A program made the position numbers and the translations under genes. A DNA stretch of 64,000 nucleotides, taken from contig JAQGDQ010000319.1 of assembly GCA_030141605.1 (NCBI GenBank), positions 206,596 to 270,595 on the forward strand. The letters are read 5' to 3'. Every line of letters starts with the position of its first letter. Position 1 is the stretch's first letter. Below are positions 35,928 to 49,529 of the stretch, piece after piece. Below the pieces are notes generated by a model. That model did not search any database. It had not been told where the DNA came from and saw only the letters and a program-made list of their open reading frames with translations. Origin of the DNA: Tubiluchus corallicola. Taxonomy: Eukaryota > Animalia > Priapulida.

Positions 35928-36756
35928 AAGTCTTTGTTAGCCTCTTTTTGCATTCAAAAATATCTGTACTAACATCATATAATTTTACATAAACACTATA
36001 CAGAGTGAATTCTCCAATATTACATTTACGGATTGTGTAATTAGCTTTTCTAATTTGTGCGTATAACATTTCTTACAGTGATATTAAACAAGAAGTATTG
36101 AAGTGAGTGCTAAAATCAAGGTTATTAATGCAGCAAGTTTCCTGTGAAGTAACATTAAAAGACAGATAAATTGATATACCAAATTATTAAATTCCAATTC
36201 AATGTTTAAATCCACAAGAGTTACAATCAGTAATCTCAAGAACTACACAAATTTAATCCCTATTTTACTAAAAATTACAGCAGGATTTTGAAATAAAAGG
36301 GTCCTTTTCAAAGTAGGTTAGTGCCGATATTAAATTTTCATTTTTGGTGAAATACACAAGATTTAAATTCTCATTTCCCAGTTCGTTTACTAGTACATTT
36401 CGCATATTTGCGTCGACTCGAGGACATCGGTATATCAAGTGTTCTTGATTCTGGGCTTCAATATGGAAAACAAGCGTAAACTAGAAGCAAACGAAAAACA
36501 GCAAAGAAGAAGAGAGAAGAATAGAACTATGGCTGTTACAGCAGTATCGAATTGACGCAAAATTTTGGCAGACAAAACAGAGACACCAAAATGCAAGCGT
36601 AAAAGGGTTGGCTAATGATCAGAAAATGACCTCCCGGGGTCACTTTTGGCTTTGAACGCGTTAGATGATGTCATGGCTTAGTGCGCCACTGTAATATCCA
36701 AAGTCGTATTAACCAATAGGCTAACTAGGCTATACCCCTGCGCCAGAGTCTGTTTA

Positions 36757-37170
36757 TTATAGTGGTTATAGCTGTATGCTGGTTATTGTTGTTTATTGGA
36801 TTGGTGGCTGTGGCTCGTGAAGATTGGGTGTGGAACAGCCACAATGGGCATGGCAAACTATCAAGACTTTGTTTAACAAACTACACATTTATTAAATATC
36901 AAACACAACACGGTAAATATAAAAGGATAGTAATGCCAAGCCCTCCGTCTCCAAGTCAGTCCTCATCTCTCCCGAGGTGCGGGCCTTAAACCACTTTTGT
37001 CTAACTACCTAATGCGCCATGAGCTTCTGCGCATAAGGATTACATCATCAATCTTTACTTCTGAGTCAGCCGGTCGAACATCAGCTGGTCACGTGATCCT
37101 AACTAGGCTTCTAGCCACGACGATAGTTTAATCTTGCATCGTCAAGCATTTAATCTTTAACTATTAATTT
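36757..37170. repeat. Dispersed ~410-bp repeat, second copy at ~41543-41965; possibly a solo LTR or other TE fragment
   Basis: Collinear similarity (atagtggttatagctg...tgtggaacagccac...gccggtcgaacatcagctg...ttaatcttgca). AATAAA on the minus strand. Termini unclear. Confidence 0.7.
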
Positions 37171-37227
37171 AATAATTTAATCACCAATTTAAATAAAATC
37201 ACTATTTAACACAGCTTTCCTTTACTC

Positions 37228-37450
37228 CAGTGGTTCCCAAACTTTCTCGGACCGTTACCCAAATCGGGAAACCCGGTCGTGTCCATTACCCCCCAGCTAG
37301 TACTACTTCTCCAACTCAAAAAGAAAACTACGTAAAATGCATTCCGAGCGAAGTTTTAAAAATTTTCAGAGGGGTGCAAGTTACCCCCCCCCCCCCAAAA
37401 AAAACATATTACCCCCGGGGGGTAATTTATCCCTACTTTGGGAACCACTG
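37228..37450. mobile_element. hAT (Charlie-like) MITE, internally deleted copy
   Basis: Perfect TIR cagtggttcccaaa / tttgggaaccactg; 8-bp TSD ctttactc. Lacks ~85 bp present in the 24309 copy. Confidence 0.92.
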
Positions 37451-37865
37451 CTTTACTCCTACTGTTTTACCGTACCTTGAACATTATTGTGTGGCTAATT
37501 GTATGGTAAAAGCTAAATGTAAGTTTCAACGCACGGTGTTTCATTTTCGGCAGCAAAAATTCTGCTGAAAAAAGGAACGCTCTTGAAGTCTAGTAACTCT
37601 CGGAAGGAAAGTATGGCCAAGTGGGCACGGTGTGCTTCACGACTGAAATTAAGAAATTAACTGGCTTCGGTTCAATACTTGTTCTGGGAGGTTTCGTTTG
37701 AGATGCTGATTTCGACTGTTTACCTCGTAGGGGGAAGATGTATTCACATACAAACGTGATGAAGACACTCCTGCCAGTTCAGTGACTCAGAGGACTAACT
37801 TTGATAACATGTATCTCTCCGCCGGCAATTAAAACACGCAAATTTTCATTAAAACACAAGCAAAA

Positions 37866-38236
37866 CAGTGCAGTGCAGTGCAGTTGAGTGCAGCGCAGCA
37901 CAGCACAGCACAACACAGTACAGCACCGCACAGCACAGCACAGCACAGCACAATACAATACAATACAATACAATACAATACAATGCAATACAATACAATA
38001 CAATAAAATACAACACAGTACAGCACCGCACAGCACAATACAACACAGTACAGCACCGCACAGCACAATACAATACAGTACGGTACGGTACGGTACAAGA
38101 CAAGACAAGACAAGACAAGACAAGACAAGACAAGACAAGACAAGACAAGACAAGACAAGACAAGACAAGACAAGACAATACAATACAATACAATACAATA
38201 CAATACAATACAATAAAATACAATAAAATACAACAC
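37866..38236. repeat. Compound pentanucleotide microsatellite (CAGCA/CAATA/CAAGA)
   Basis: Direct reading. Confidence 0.95.
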
Positions 38237-38939
38237 AGTAGTGACACAGTTTTTCCTACAATATAATACAGTAGTGACTCAGTTTTTCAACAAAATTTTA
38301 TGAAAATTTTCTTGGCAAGTAACTCGCAAACGCTTGTTACTAGAATACTAGACTAGAGTACTAAACTTGCTTTGAGTTACTCTTCGACAGTAAGTGCGAG
38401 CGACATTCACTTCTCTGTTTAGTACGGAAAAGTGTCGAGAGTAACTCGCCGAGGCGTTCACACTAGACAGTAACTTGCCGAGGCGTTCACACTAGACAGT
38501 AACTCGCCGAGGTGTTCACACTGAAAAGTAAGTCGCTAAAACTGAACGCGCCATTATTTGACATTGCATTATTTTACCCTAATGCACCTAGTATTCATTA
38601 TTTAAAGTTCTGCCTGGCTCTTTGTCACGACACACGTGCTGCACGCACACGCAGACTTGCGCGCACACGCAGACCTGCACGCACACACAGACTTGCACGC
38701 ACACGCAGACTTGCAGGCAATGATGATTCATTGACAAATTAATTAATATAACCATCGACACCTGATTCTTAACATGGGAAGAGTTCAGAAATAATTACTC
38801 CATCGCTTCCCAAGAATGCAAGGTATGGGGCAGGTAATGTCAGGGGTGAGAAAGCTATTAAAATACTTGTTAACATGAAAAATCTTCATAAATGAGTTGT
38901 CCATAAGTGATATTATGAATTCTGATAATAATGGCTTAA

Positions 38940-39592
38940 AGGACAAGAAAAGGGGTACTTGAAGTAGGTTTCAGAAAAATCGCTTTAAAAAAATTATATT
39001 ACTTTACAGCAATTTTATGCACATATCGCATAAGGAATTTTCGTTTATTTTCGTTTTAAATCTCCCGCAATACTGTTCCGATGGCGCCATTACATGACGT
39101 CACTACGCCACGTAAATCAGGGGAAGAAAAGGCAATGTTAAATTATGACCCAAAAAACTTTCCGTGCAAATCTATATTACTTAGCATTTCACTTATCTGT
39201 TGGAAAGACTTATGTAACTAGACTAATAATTTAAAATGTTTGTGCCAATTGGTAAAATGTCGCTGACTCACCCTCCAAGGTGCGCCACTCACTAGCCAAA
39301 AACGTATTTTTAATCTTATTAACAAGATATAGTAATTTAAAATTTTGCTTAATTAGCAACATGTGTGCTATGAATGCTCTGATTATTTTTTCAAACTTTA
39401 CTCAATGTTATCAAAACTTGTTTCAAACCACCTACTGTCAAAATGGCTGCGCTTAACGGTGTTTAAATTTACACGTTTTATATAGCGTTACGGCCGATGC
39501 AAGCCCTGCATGCAAAAAGGTAGTATGTAAGTGGTATGAAATCTCAAGACGAATTTTTTAAGCTTTATGTAAGTGGAGGTTTTTCTTGTGCT
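38940..39592. mobile_element. Kolobok-type non-autonomous element; partial copies at ~35446-35649 (right half) and ~44367-44612 (left half)
   Basis: ttaa|aggacaagaaaa ... ttttcttgtgct|ttaa; internal sequence shared with the two partial copies. Confidence 0.8.
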
Positions 39593-39699
39593 TTAAAAGG
39601 GTCTTTAAAGAAACTGCTATGATACAAGGCCAAATAAAAAGTGTAAAAAATTCCACATTTTGAAGAGAGCGGGATGTCACTAATGAAGGTTGGTGCATC

Positions 39700-41316
39700 A
39701 GTGAGTGAGCGACTGGTGAGTGAGTGAGCATCTGATGAGTGAGTGAGCATTTGATGAGTGAGTGAGCGAGTGGTGAGTGAGTGAGCGAGTGGTGAGTGAG
39801 TGAGCGACTGGTGAGTGAGTGAGCGACTGGTGAGTGAGTGAGCGAGTGGTGAGTGAGTGAGCGAGTGGTGAGTGAGTGAGCGAGTGGTGAGTGAGTGAGC
39901 GAGTGGTGAGTGAGTGAGCGAGTGGTGAGTGAGTGAGCGACTGGTGAGTGAGTGAGCATCTGATGAGTGAGTGAGCGAGTGGTGAGTGAGTGAGCGACTG
40001 GTGAGTGAGTGAGCGACTGGTGAGTGAGCGAGTGACTGGTGAGTGAGTGAGCGACTGGTGAGTGAGTGAGCGAGTGGTGAGTGAGTGAGCAACTGGTGAG
40101 TGAGTGAGCGTCTGATGAGTGAGTGAGCGAGTGGTGAGTGTGTGAGCGAGTGGTGAGTGAGTGAGCGAGTGGTGAGTGAGTGAGCGACTGGTGAGTGAGT
40201 GAGCATCTGATGAGTGAGTGAGCGAGTGGTGAGTGAGTGAGCGACTGGTGAGTGAGTGAGCGACTGGTGAGTGAGTGAGCGACTGGCGAGTGAGTGAGCA
40301 TCTGGTGAGTGAGTGAGCAACTAGTGAGTGAGTGAGTGACTGGTGAGTGAGTGAGCGACTGGTGAGTGAGTGAGCGACTGGTGGGTGAGTGAGCCACTAG
40401 TGAGTGAGTAAGCGTCTGATGAGTGAGTGAGCGAGTGGTGAGTGAGTGAGCGAGTGGTGAGTGAGTGAGCGAGTGGTGAGTGAGTAAGCGACTGGTGAGT
40501 GAGTGAGCGACTGGTGAGTGAGTGAGCGACTGGTGAGTGAGTGAGCGTCTGATGAGTGAGTGAGCGAGTGGTGAGTGAGTGAGCGAGTGGTGAGTGAGTG
40601 AGCGAGTGGTGAGTGAGTGAGCGACTGGTGAGTGAGTGAGCGTCTGATGAGTGAGTGAGCGAGTGGTGAGTGAGTGAGCGACTGGTGAGTGAGTGAGCGA
40701 CTGGTGAGTGAGTGAGCGACTGGTGAGTGAGTGAGCGTCTGGTGAGTGAGTGAGCAACTGGTGAGTGAGTGAGCAACTGGTGAGTGAGTGAGCGACTGGT
40801 GAGTGAGTGAGCGACTGGTGAGTGAGTGAGCGACTGGTGGGTGAGTGAGCCACTGATGAGTGAGTGAGCGTCTGATGAGTGAGTGAGCGAGTGGTGAGTG
40901 AGTGAGCGAGTGGTGAGTGAGTGAGCGAGTGGTGAGTGAGTAAGCGACTGGTGAGTGAGTGAGCGACTGGTGAGTGAGTGAGCAACTGGTGAGTGAGTGA
41001 GTGACTGGTGAGTGAGTGAGCGACTGGTGAGTGAGTGAGCGACTGGTGGGTGAGTGAGCCACTGGTGAGTGAGTGAGCGTCTGATGAGTGAGTGAGCGAG
41101 TGGTGAGTGAGTGAGCGAGTGGTGAGTGAGTAAGCGACTGGTGAGTGAGTGAGCGACTGGTGAGTGAGTGAGCGACTGGTGAGTGAGTGAGCAACTGGTT
41201 AGTGAGTGAGCGAGTGGTGAGTGAGTAAGCGACTGGTGAGTGAGTGAGTGACTGGTGAGTGAGTGAGCCACTGGTGAGTGAGTGAGCGTCTGATGAGTGA
41301 GTGAGCGACTGGTGAG
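39700..41316. repeat. 19-bp GTGA-based satellite, about 85 copies
   Basis: Unit gtgagtgagtgagcga(c/g)tg; source of the long SLTH ORFs. Confidence 0.97.
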
Positions 41317-42334
41317 CAAGATAGGTGCAACATGAAAAGTTGTTTTTTTCTGAAATTGTTTACACTGCTTCGCATAGGTGTTTGGAAAATTCGCAGTCAC
41401 TCTTTATTGTTCCCATAAACGATGATATCAGGAATTAACGTTTCGTTTGTATGACGGGTTTCATTTGTGTCTCCTCTTCCCACAGGCCGTCACACGTTTG
41501 CGTAAATTAATATCTGTTTCTGATGAAATAATGTCCTGTTTATGATAGTGGTTATAGCTGCTTGCTTGTTATTGCTGTTTATTGTGTTGGTGGCTGTGGC
41601 TCATGAAGATTGCGTGTGGAACAGCCACGATGGGCATGACAAACTATCAGGACCTTGTTTAGCAAACTACACATTTATTAAAGATCAAGCACAAACATGG
41701 TATACATAAGAGGATAGTAATGCCAGCCCTCCGTCTTCAAGTCAGTTCCTAATCTGCCCGAGGTGCGGGCCTCGAATTCTCTTTGTCTAACTAGCTAATG
41801 CGCCCTGAGCTTCTGCTGCAATAACTATTACATCATCAATCTTAACTTCTGACTCAGCCGGTCGAACATCAGCTGATTATCACGTGATATGCCACACTTA
41901 ACCAGGCTTCTAGACAAGACGATAATTTAATCTTGCACCGTCAAGGATTTATTCCTTAATTTAATTAATAGTTTGGGCTGTTTGCCATTTCTAAAGACTT
42001 GCTATTCGTTACACAACCTTCCATATTTATAATCATTAATAACATCTACTAACCTGCAATTATATTCCCACAGAATGTGTATTTTTGAAGTTTAATTTTA
42101 TCCTGGCTTTAGAAGCCGTGGATCGATAATGCCAGATGTTTTGTGTTAAAAACTTTGTGTGGATCACCATAGCTAAGCCTTATTGTCAAATACTCAAAAA
42201 TAGGTAACTCACTCACTCACTCACTCACTCACTCAACTCACTCACTCACTCACTCACTCACTCACTCGGATTCTATAATGTAGTGAGAAGTCCTTTCCCA
42301 ACCACATGACGTAAGTAAGACGTCATTGATTTAA

Positions 42335-42885
42335 AGGAAAATGAGACGATTGTGTAAACATTAGTTCAGAATAAAGAATACTCTAAAATATTGAAAACTA
42401 CAATAGCTTTTATTAAATCAAAGCTTAGATTAAATAATAATTACCTCGGATACTCAAATTTCGTTTTAAACTTTCAAAGCTACGCGCGGCTCAGTGAATC
42501 TACTAAGATTGGCAATGGCGCCTTTTTGTCACGTGCGCGTGGCCGACAAATAGAAGGTGGTACCGTGATAACCATGATCATGAACTGCAGTCTTAGTTTC
42601 TGACGTCATATGACGTGGAGCCCATTTTCGTGACATCATGCGTTTAAGCATTACTGTAACACGTATGCAAATGTGCTTGACGCGCAAGGGAAGACGCCTG
42701 CCATTGCACAAACTGTGGTTAGTTCCCTGACGTAAGCAACAGCTGTGTTCGGTTGCCGTTAATTAACTTTCTAAACTAATTATTCAAATATAAGAAACAA
42801 TTGCTAACTTTTATGGGCAAGAAAATGTATATCTTTGACAGTAAATTAAAATGAGATTGAGTCTAAACAATCGTCAGCTTTTTCT
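42335..42885. mobile_element. Kolobok-type element, second copy of 29959-30515
   Basis: ttaa|aggaaaa start; collinear with the first copy; right end degenerate. Confidence 0.8.
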
Positions 42886-43269
42886 TGAAGAGTCAGTCAC
42901 ACACCCAATCCGGTGGTGGCTTCAGAGGCTGCAGAACTCATCATCCTTGTTGTCAGGCTTGTATATATGCTACGCCTGTTATATTTTATTAATAAACCGC
43001 ATTGTTATTACTTACATCAACGTCAGGGTTACTTCAATCACTGACATCAACATCACTGCAATCGTGAAGTAATTAGTTTCGGTGCCCGCATTAAACACTG
43101 GGTAGAAATGAACGGTGTTAAATCCTTGCCAATTAATTACTGTCACTATCCAATTCATTAGGGCGTGCAGACACAGCTGACGGAAATATTAGGAAGAGAC
43201 TTCTGTTCTTCTCTTCCGATACGTCAAATTTTAATGTGACAGGTGGATGGTCAGCTTATTTAGAAGAAA

Positions 43270-43990
43270 ACAATCTGATTAGAATTTCATCAAATTGGGC
43301 GTGAAATATACTAATCTGATATCGTGTATTAAATATTTGGCCAAATATTCTTGAAAACGACGTATTCAAAAAGAAAATGTCAATATTTAAGCAGCTCTCT
43401 AGCAATAGATGAAGACCCATCAAGAAGAAAAATCTCATCATTAGCTGCAAATTCGAAATGAACAAGAAATTTTTGAAAGAAAGAGGATCAATCTTGAGAC
43501 TAAAATCAAAAATCTTTGATGCACTTGTGAAAACTGTGTTTCTCTACGACTCAGAATTGTGGACAATTAAGGCACATGACAAGTCAGAAGTAGATGTATT
43601 TCAAAGAAGAAACTACAGGAACAACCTAGGAAAAAAGAAAGTATCAAACCAGGACCTGTAGAACAAAATTAAGGCAGCAATCACACTCAAGAATGGACCG
43701 TTTAAAATCAAGAGGACAAGTTAAAAGTAGTTAGGACGTGTGTCTACGACTACCAGATGTCAAACTTGACAGTCCATTAAAATTAGTTTTCAGAGAAGAT
43801 CTGGAGAAAAAAGAAACTGCAAGGAGGACAGCTGCTGGCTTACACCAATTTCATCCCAAAAAACTTGATCATCACACCACTAAACATCAAAAATACGGCG
43901 CAGTTGGAAGTTCCGTGTGACAGGGCAGCGTGGTCCAAAGTGATCGCTAGAGGGCGTATCACTCCAGAAATGAAGTGGAATAATTTGTTG
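43270..43990 (+). mobile_element. Degenerate non-LTR retrotransposon (RTE-clade-like) ORF fragment
   Basis: Peptide LRLKSKIFDALVKTVFLYDSELWTIKAHDKSEVDVFQRRNYRNNLG...VSNQDL resembles the post-RT region of RTE-type LINEs (K..F...V....LYG.E.W.......LD.F.RR.LR.IL...ISN.EL). Interrupted by stops and frameshifts. Confidence 0.7.
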
Positions 43991-44011
43991 ATGAGCTTGA
44001 ATAGGTATGAA

Positions 44012-44353
44012 ACATGATCGTGGTGTAGCACACATGATCGTGGTGTAGCACATATGATCGTGGTATAGCACATATGATCGTGGTGTAGCGCACATGATCG
44101 TGGTGTAGCATACATGATCGTGGTGTAGCACACATGATCGTGGAGTAGCACACATGATCGTGGTGTAGCACACAGGATCGTGGTGTAGCACACATGATCG
44201 TGGTATAGCACACATGATCGTGGTGTAGCACACATGATCGTGGTGTAGCACACATGATCGTGGTGTAACACACATGATCGTGGTGTAGCACACATGATCG
44301 TGCTGTAGCACACATGATCGAGATGTAGCGCACATGATCGTGGTGTAGCACAC
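44012..44353. repeat. 20-bp minisatellite, about 17 copies
   Basis: Unit acatgatcgtggtgtagcac. Confidence 0.95.
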
Positions 44354-44884
44354 AATAAGGAGATAAGGGATAAGAAAGGGGGTACCTAAAGTAGGTTTCA
44401 GAAAATCGCTTTCAGTAAAAATTTATATTACTTTACAGCAATTTTATGCACATAGCGTAATCTTGTTAAAAGGATTTTTTGTTTGTTTTCATTTAAAATT
44501 TCCCGCGACATTGTTCCGACGGCGCCATAACATGGTGTCACCTACGCACAACGTAAATCAGAGGAAGAAAAGGAAATGTTAAATTATGACCCAAAAAAAT
44601 TTCCATGCAAAATTATACTATATTTTTTTCAACAACTGATAAATCTTGTACTATTGAACGTGTACTTAGTACTTATGCTTATTACGTATTAGTAAAAAAA
44701 CCTACTATTAACAGCATTATACTAATAAGTACTTCAATATCACACTTAATATTATTAAATAGTGAAAAGTAACATTTTAGTCAGGTAGAAACCTACCATT
44801 CTGTCAAAGCTGATATCCTCTGTGCATTCACAGCTTCATACTACATATTACCACGATAATTATTTAAATCTGTTAGAATTTCAC

Positions 44885-45381
44885 AAACGTGCACTAACTC
44901 TAAGCTAATTTTCATAGCACTAAATCATTGGGTAACTCGGATTTCTGATTGGCTAAATCACCCATGCGCACTGTGGTTCTTAACTACATACTATGAATAA
45001 ATGGCACAGAACGTGGACTTCGTCTAACTCTAAGCTAATTGTCATGGGACTAAATCATTGGGTAACTCGGATTTCTCATTGGATAAATCACGCATGCGCA
45101 CTGTAGTTCTCAACTACATACTATGAATAAATGGCACACAACGTGCACTAACTCTAAGCTAATTGTCATAGGATTAAATCATTGGGTAACTCGGATTTCT
45201 CATTGGATAAATCACGCATGCGCACTGTAGTTCTTAACTACATACAAGAATAAATGGCACACAACGTGCACTAACTCTAAGCTAATTGTCATGGGACTAA
45301 ATCATTGGATAACTCGAATTTCTCATTGGATAAATCACGCATGCGCACTGTAGTTCTTAACAACATACTATGAATAAATGG
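44885..45381. repeat. ~125-bp tandem repeat, 4 copies
   Basis: Repeated ctaactctaagctaatt...aaatcattgggtaactcggatttct...catgcgcactgt...gaataaatgg. Confidence 0.9.
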
Positions 45382-45744
45382 ACTGAAATGCATACAATAA
45401 ATTTTCATAAAATTTCGTAACCCAAAAATCTTGATTAGATAATGTTGTTTTAACAAAGTGCCCTACGCATAGAGTATTTACACGTGACCAGAGACGAGAC
45501 TACGCATAGCCTACTTACATGCATTCCAGGTTTCACACCTGGAATAGCTCCCGTTGGACGAGTTTCAAACAACAAAAAGGTGACGTCGTTCCGTACAGCA
45601 GCTTTTATTCTTTGCATGACTGTGTACAGCGTAAACCGATTTCTGCTTTACACAGTTGGTGCCCTAAATTATCACTGCTATTCCGTACTGCATGTAACTC
45701 GAACTGTCTTGTAGCAAAATCAACTTTTGTAAAACTTATTCTCT

Positions 45745-45772
45745 CTCATACACACTCATGCGCACACACACT

Positions 45773-45816
<44 letters not shown>

Positions 45817-45830
45817 CACACAAACACACT

Positions 45831-45870
<40 letters not shown>

Positions 45871-45952
45871 AACACACTCACACACACACACACACACACG
45901 CACGCACACACACACACACTCACACACGCGCGCACACACACACACACACTAA

Positions 45953-45985
<33 letters not shown>

Positions 45986-46060
45986 ACACACACTCACACA
46001 CACACACAAACACACACACACACTCACGCACACACACACACACACACACGCGCGCGCACA
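45745..46060. repeat. (CA)n microsatellite
   Basis: Direct reading. Confidence 0.95.
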
Positions 46061-46673
46061 TCTATGTGAATGACTGTTTTATTAGTGTGAAGCTATTATA
46101 CAGTTACCTGACCTTCAACAGTTACTGAAAGCTCATTATCGTAAAGTAGATCAAAGCAAAACCGGATTCAATCTTAAACTGCAGGTCAAAACGATCTACT
46201 CTTTAAAATATTGAAAGTAAACATACTATTTTTTTCGAAAATGACTTACGTGAAAGGATTATTACCACACAAACACAATTTCACGTCCATGCCACTAGTT
46301 CTTCTATGTTACATGCATTTCAATATTTGCTAAGCGGGCACTAGCGCCTGCAATTCGCATTGTACAAAAACACGTGCACAAAATCTCAGTTCAGTTGTGT
46401 TAGTTTGTGACGAACTATACACGTTACAGAGCTCATGCGTGAGCACAGCGGTAAATTTGAAATTTGAATTTTTATCCTAAAACTTGCCTAATTTTATTAC
46501 GATACACTGAATATCTTGCAATAGTACCGTGCTTTTCGCTAAATGTAGTTTACCATTTTGTGAAATGTACCATTTTAATATAATGCTATGCTCCACATTT
46601 GCTGGAAAATGTAATTGCATTTCTAAAATTCGTATTATTATTATTATTATTGTTGTTGTTGTTGTTATTATTA

Positions 46674-49397
46674 TCTATACTCTTATATTAATATTCTTGG
46701 TATGGGCTTAATATATTTATTTATATACTAGCAAAGGCCCCGCAAAAGATTTTGCGTATAAATACACGTGTAATCAATAATACGCGAACATTCTACCTAG
46801 TCCTCATTTATAACACAAAGCCCGTAACATCCTGCCTACTGTTTGTTTACTTACCTAACGCAAAGCAGCTTTTACTGAATTAAAGTTAAAAGTTTATAGA
46901 CAGAGTATAATGGATTACGTCACAACAATGGCATTCCGTCAGCAGTTTTCTAAGTGAAAATTGCCGAAAATAGAACTCCTAATTAACTCGCCAGTACTCC
47001 TCTCGGTGGACCTGCCCTAAAATATAACCCACATCATCGTGTAGCCCTGTCCTTCCTCTTTCTGATGAGCCGTATATCTCCTTCCGAGAGTCCCACCGGG
47101 CGCCGCTAGAACATTTTTCCCGCAGGCTGTTTGGTCAAAATTACGAAAAAATCGCGAGTTGGGTCCGGGAAAACGCCCGTTACGGGACACCGTGGCCCTC
47201 TCGCGAATTCTAAATAGGCCTATGACACCCATCGCTGAACGGGCTATCTATCCATACCCAGCACCACCCTCGGCCCGTTCCCGTTCTCTACATCTCAGGC
47301 GTATAACTTTTGCAAAAAAACGGCCGAAAAATGGCCATTTTTGGAGGTTTTTCGCCCCCCGTTCCTCGCGGTGGGCCCCATTCGAAAAATAAGCCCCCAA
47401 TGAGACGACACTAGATCGAGACCTTTCGTTTGATACATAGATCGCCGCAAATGGTGCCCTCGTCGAAGCTGTAGCCTCGAATCTTATATATATACCAAGA
47501 ATATTAATATAATAGTAGATATATATATATATATAAGATTCGAGGCTACAGCTCCGACGAGGGCACCATTTGGGGCGATCTATATATCAAACGAAAGGCC
47601 TCGATCAAGTGTCGTGTCATTGATGGTTTATTTTTCGAATTGGGCCCACCGGGAGGAGGGGGAGGCGAAAAAAACCCCAAAAATGGCCCTTTTTCGCCCG
47701 TTTTTTGTAAAAGTTATACGGCTGAGATGTAGAGAACGGGAACGGGCCGAGGCGTGTGCTGGGTATGGATAGATAGCCCGTTCAGCGGTGGGTGTAGTAG
47801 GCATATTTAGAATTCCCGAGAGGGCCAGGGCGCCCCGCAACGGGCGTTTTCCCGGACCCAACGCGCGATTTTTTCGAAATTTTGACCAAACAGCATGCGG
47901 GAAAAACGTTCTAGCGACGCCTGGTGGGACTCTCGGAAGGAGATATATAGCTCTTTACAAAGAGGAAGGACAGGGCTACACGATGATGTGGGATATATTT
48001 TAGGGCAGGTCCACCGAGAGGAGTATCAACGAGTTAGTTAGGAGTTCTATTTTCGGCAATTTTCACTTAGAAAATTGCTGACGCAAAGGCATTGTTGTGA
48101 CGTCATCCATTGTACTCTGTCTATAATCTTATAACTTTAATTCAGTAAAAGCTGCTACGGGTTTGCGTTAGTTAAACAAACAGTAGGCATGATGTTACGG
48201 GCTTTGTGTTATAAATGTGGACTAGGTAGGATGTTCGCGTATTATTGATTACATGTGTATTTATACGCAAAATCTTTTGCGGGGCCTTTGCTATTTATTA
48301 TATTATAGCACATAGTTTCAACTTTGTGAAAAATGTTTGGAATGGTTTTGTTGTAATGCTGTGCTGTTGGTGCTTGTGCTATAGGTGTTGTCATCGTTGC
48401 CATCATCATCATCATCATCATCATCAACATCATGATCACCACGTGAGGTGGTGGATTTAATGTGGTGTGGTGGTGGTGTGCTTTGTGTGTTGTGCTATGG
48501 ATGGTGTGGTGGGGTGATAGGGTGTGTGGGGTGTGGTGTGGGTAGTGTGGTATGGTGTGTGGGTGGTGCGGTGTGGTGTGGTGCAGTGGTATGGTGTGGT
48601 GCAGTGTGGTGTGATGTGGTGGAGTCGTATGGTGTGGTTGGTGTGGTGTGGTATGTGGGTCGTGCGGTGTGCTGCAGTGGTATGTTGTGGTGCGGTGTGG
48701 TGTGATGTGGTGGAGTGGTATGGTGTGGGTGGTGTGGTGTGTAGGTGGGTGGGTGGTGTGGTGCAGTGTGGTGTTATGGTGTGGTGCTGTGCAGTGTGAT
48801 GTGGTGGAGTATTATGGTGTGGGTGGTGTGGTGTGTGGGTGGTGCAATGCAGTGGTATGGTGTGGTGCAGTGTGGTGTGATGTGGTGGAGTCGGATGGTG
48901 TGGGTGGTGTGGTGTGGTGTGTGGGTGGTGCGGTGTGCTGCAGCGGTATGGTGTGGTGTGGTGTGGTGTGTAGGTGGTGTGGTGCAGTGTGGTGTGGTGC
49001 TGTGCCGTGTGGTGCAGTGTGGTGTTATGGTGTGGTGCTGTGCGGTGTGATGTGGTGGAGTATTATGGTGTGTGTGGTGTGGTGTGTGGGTGGTGCAGTG
49101 GTATGGTGTGGTGCAGTGTGGTGTGATGTGGTGGAGTGGTATGGTGTGGGTAGTGTGGTGTGTAGGTGGTATGGTGTGGCGCGGTGTGGTGTGATGTGGT
49201 GGAGTGGTATGGTGTGGGTGGTGTGGTGTGTAGGTGGGTGGGTGGTGTGGTGCAGTGTGGTGTTATATTGTGGTGCTGTGCGGTGTGATGTGGTGGAGTG
49301 GTATGGTGTGGTGCAGTGTTGTGTGATGAGGTGGAGTGGTGTGGTGTGGGTTTTGTGTTGATTTGTGCACAAAATTCTTTTTGTGGGGTTTGGCTAG
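46674..49397 (+). mobile_element. Composite non-autonomous Helitron (core plus GT-rich second module) with a nested antisense copy
   Basis: Starts a|TCtatactcttatattaatattc; interrupted at 46728-47519; the core ends in hairpin cgcaaaatcttttgcg + CTAT (48291-48294); the GT-rich module ends in hairpin cacaaaattctttttgtg + CTAG|t (49394-49397). Confidence 0.8.
46728..47519 (-). mobile_element. Non-autonomous Helitron inserted in the 5' end of a sister copy
   Basis: Minus strand reads TC...hairpin...CTAG, inserted precisely between A46727 and T47520 with no TSD. Confidence 0.85.
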
Positions 49398-49418
49398 TTA
49401 TTATTATTATTATTATTA

Positions 49419-49529
<111 letters not shown>

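Noticed and set aside
39558-41400. Long SLTH-repeat ORFs of 251-475 aa
   Set aside because: Translations of a 19-bp satellite that is largely stop-free on one strand; open in several frames at once.
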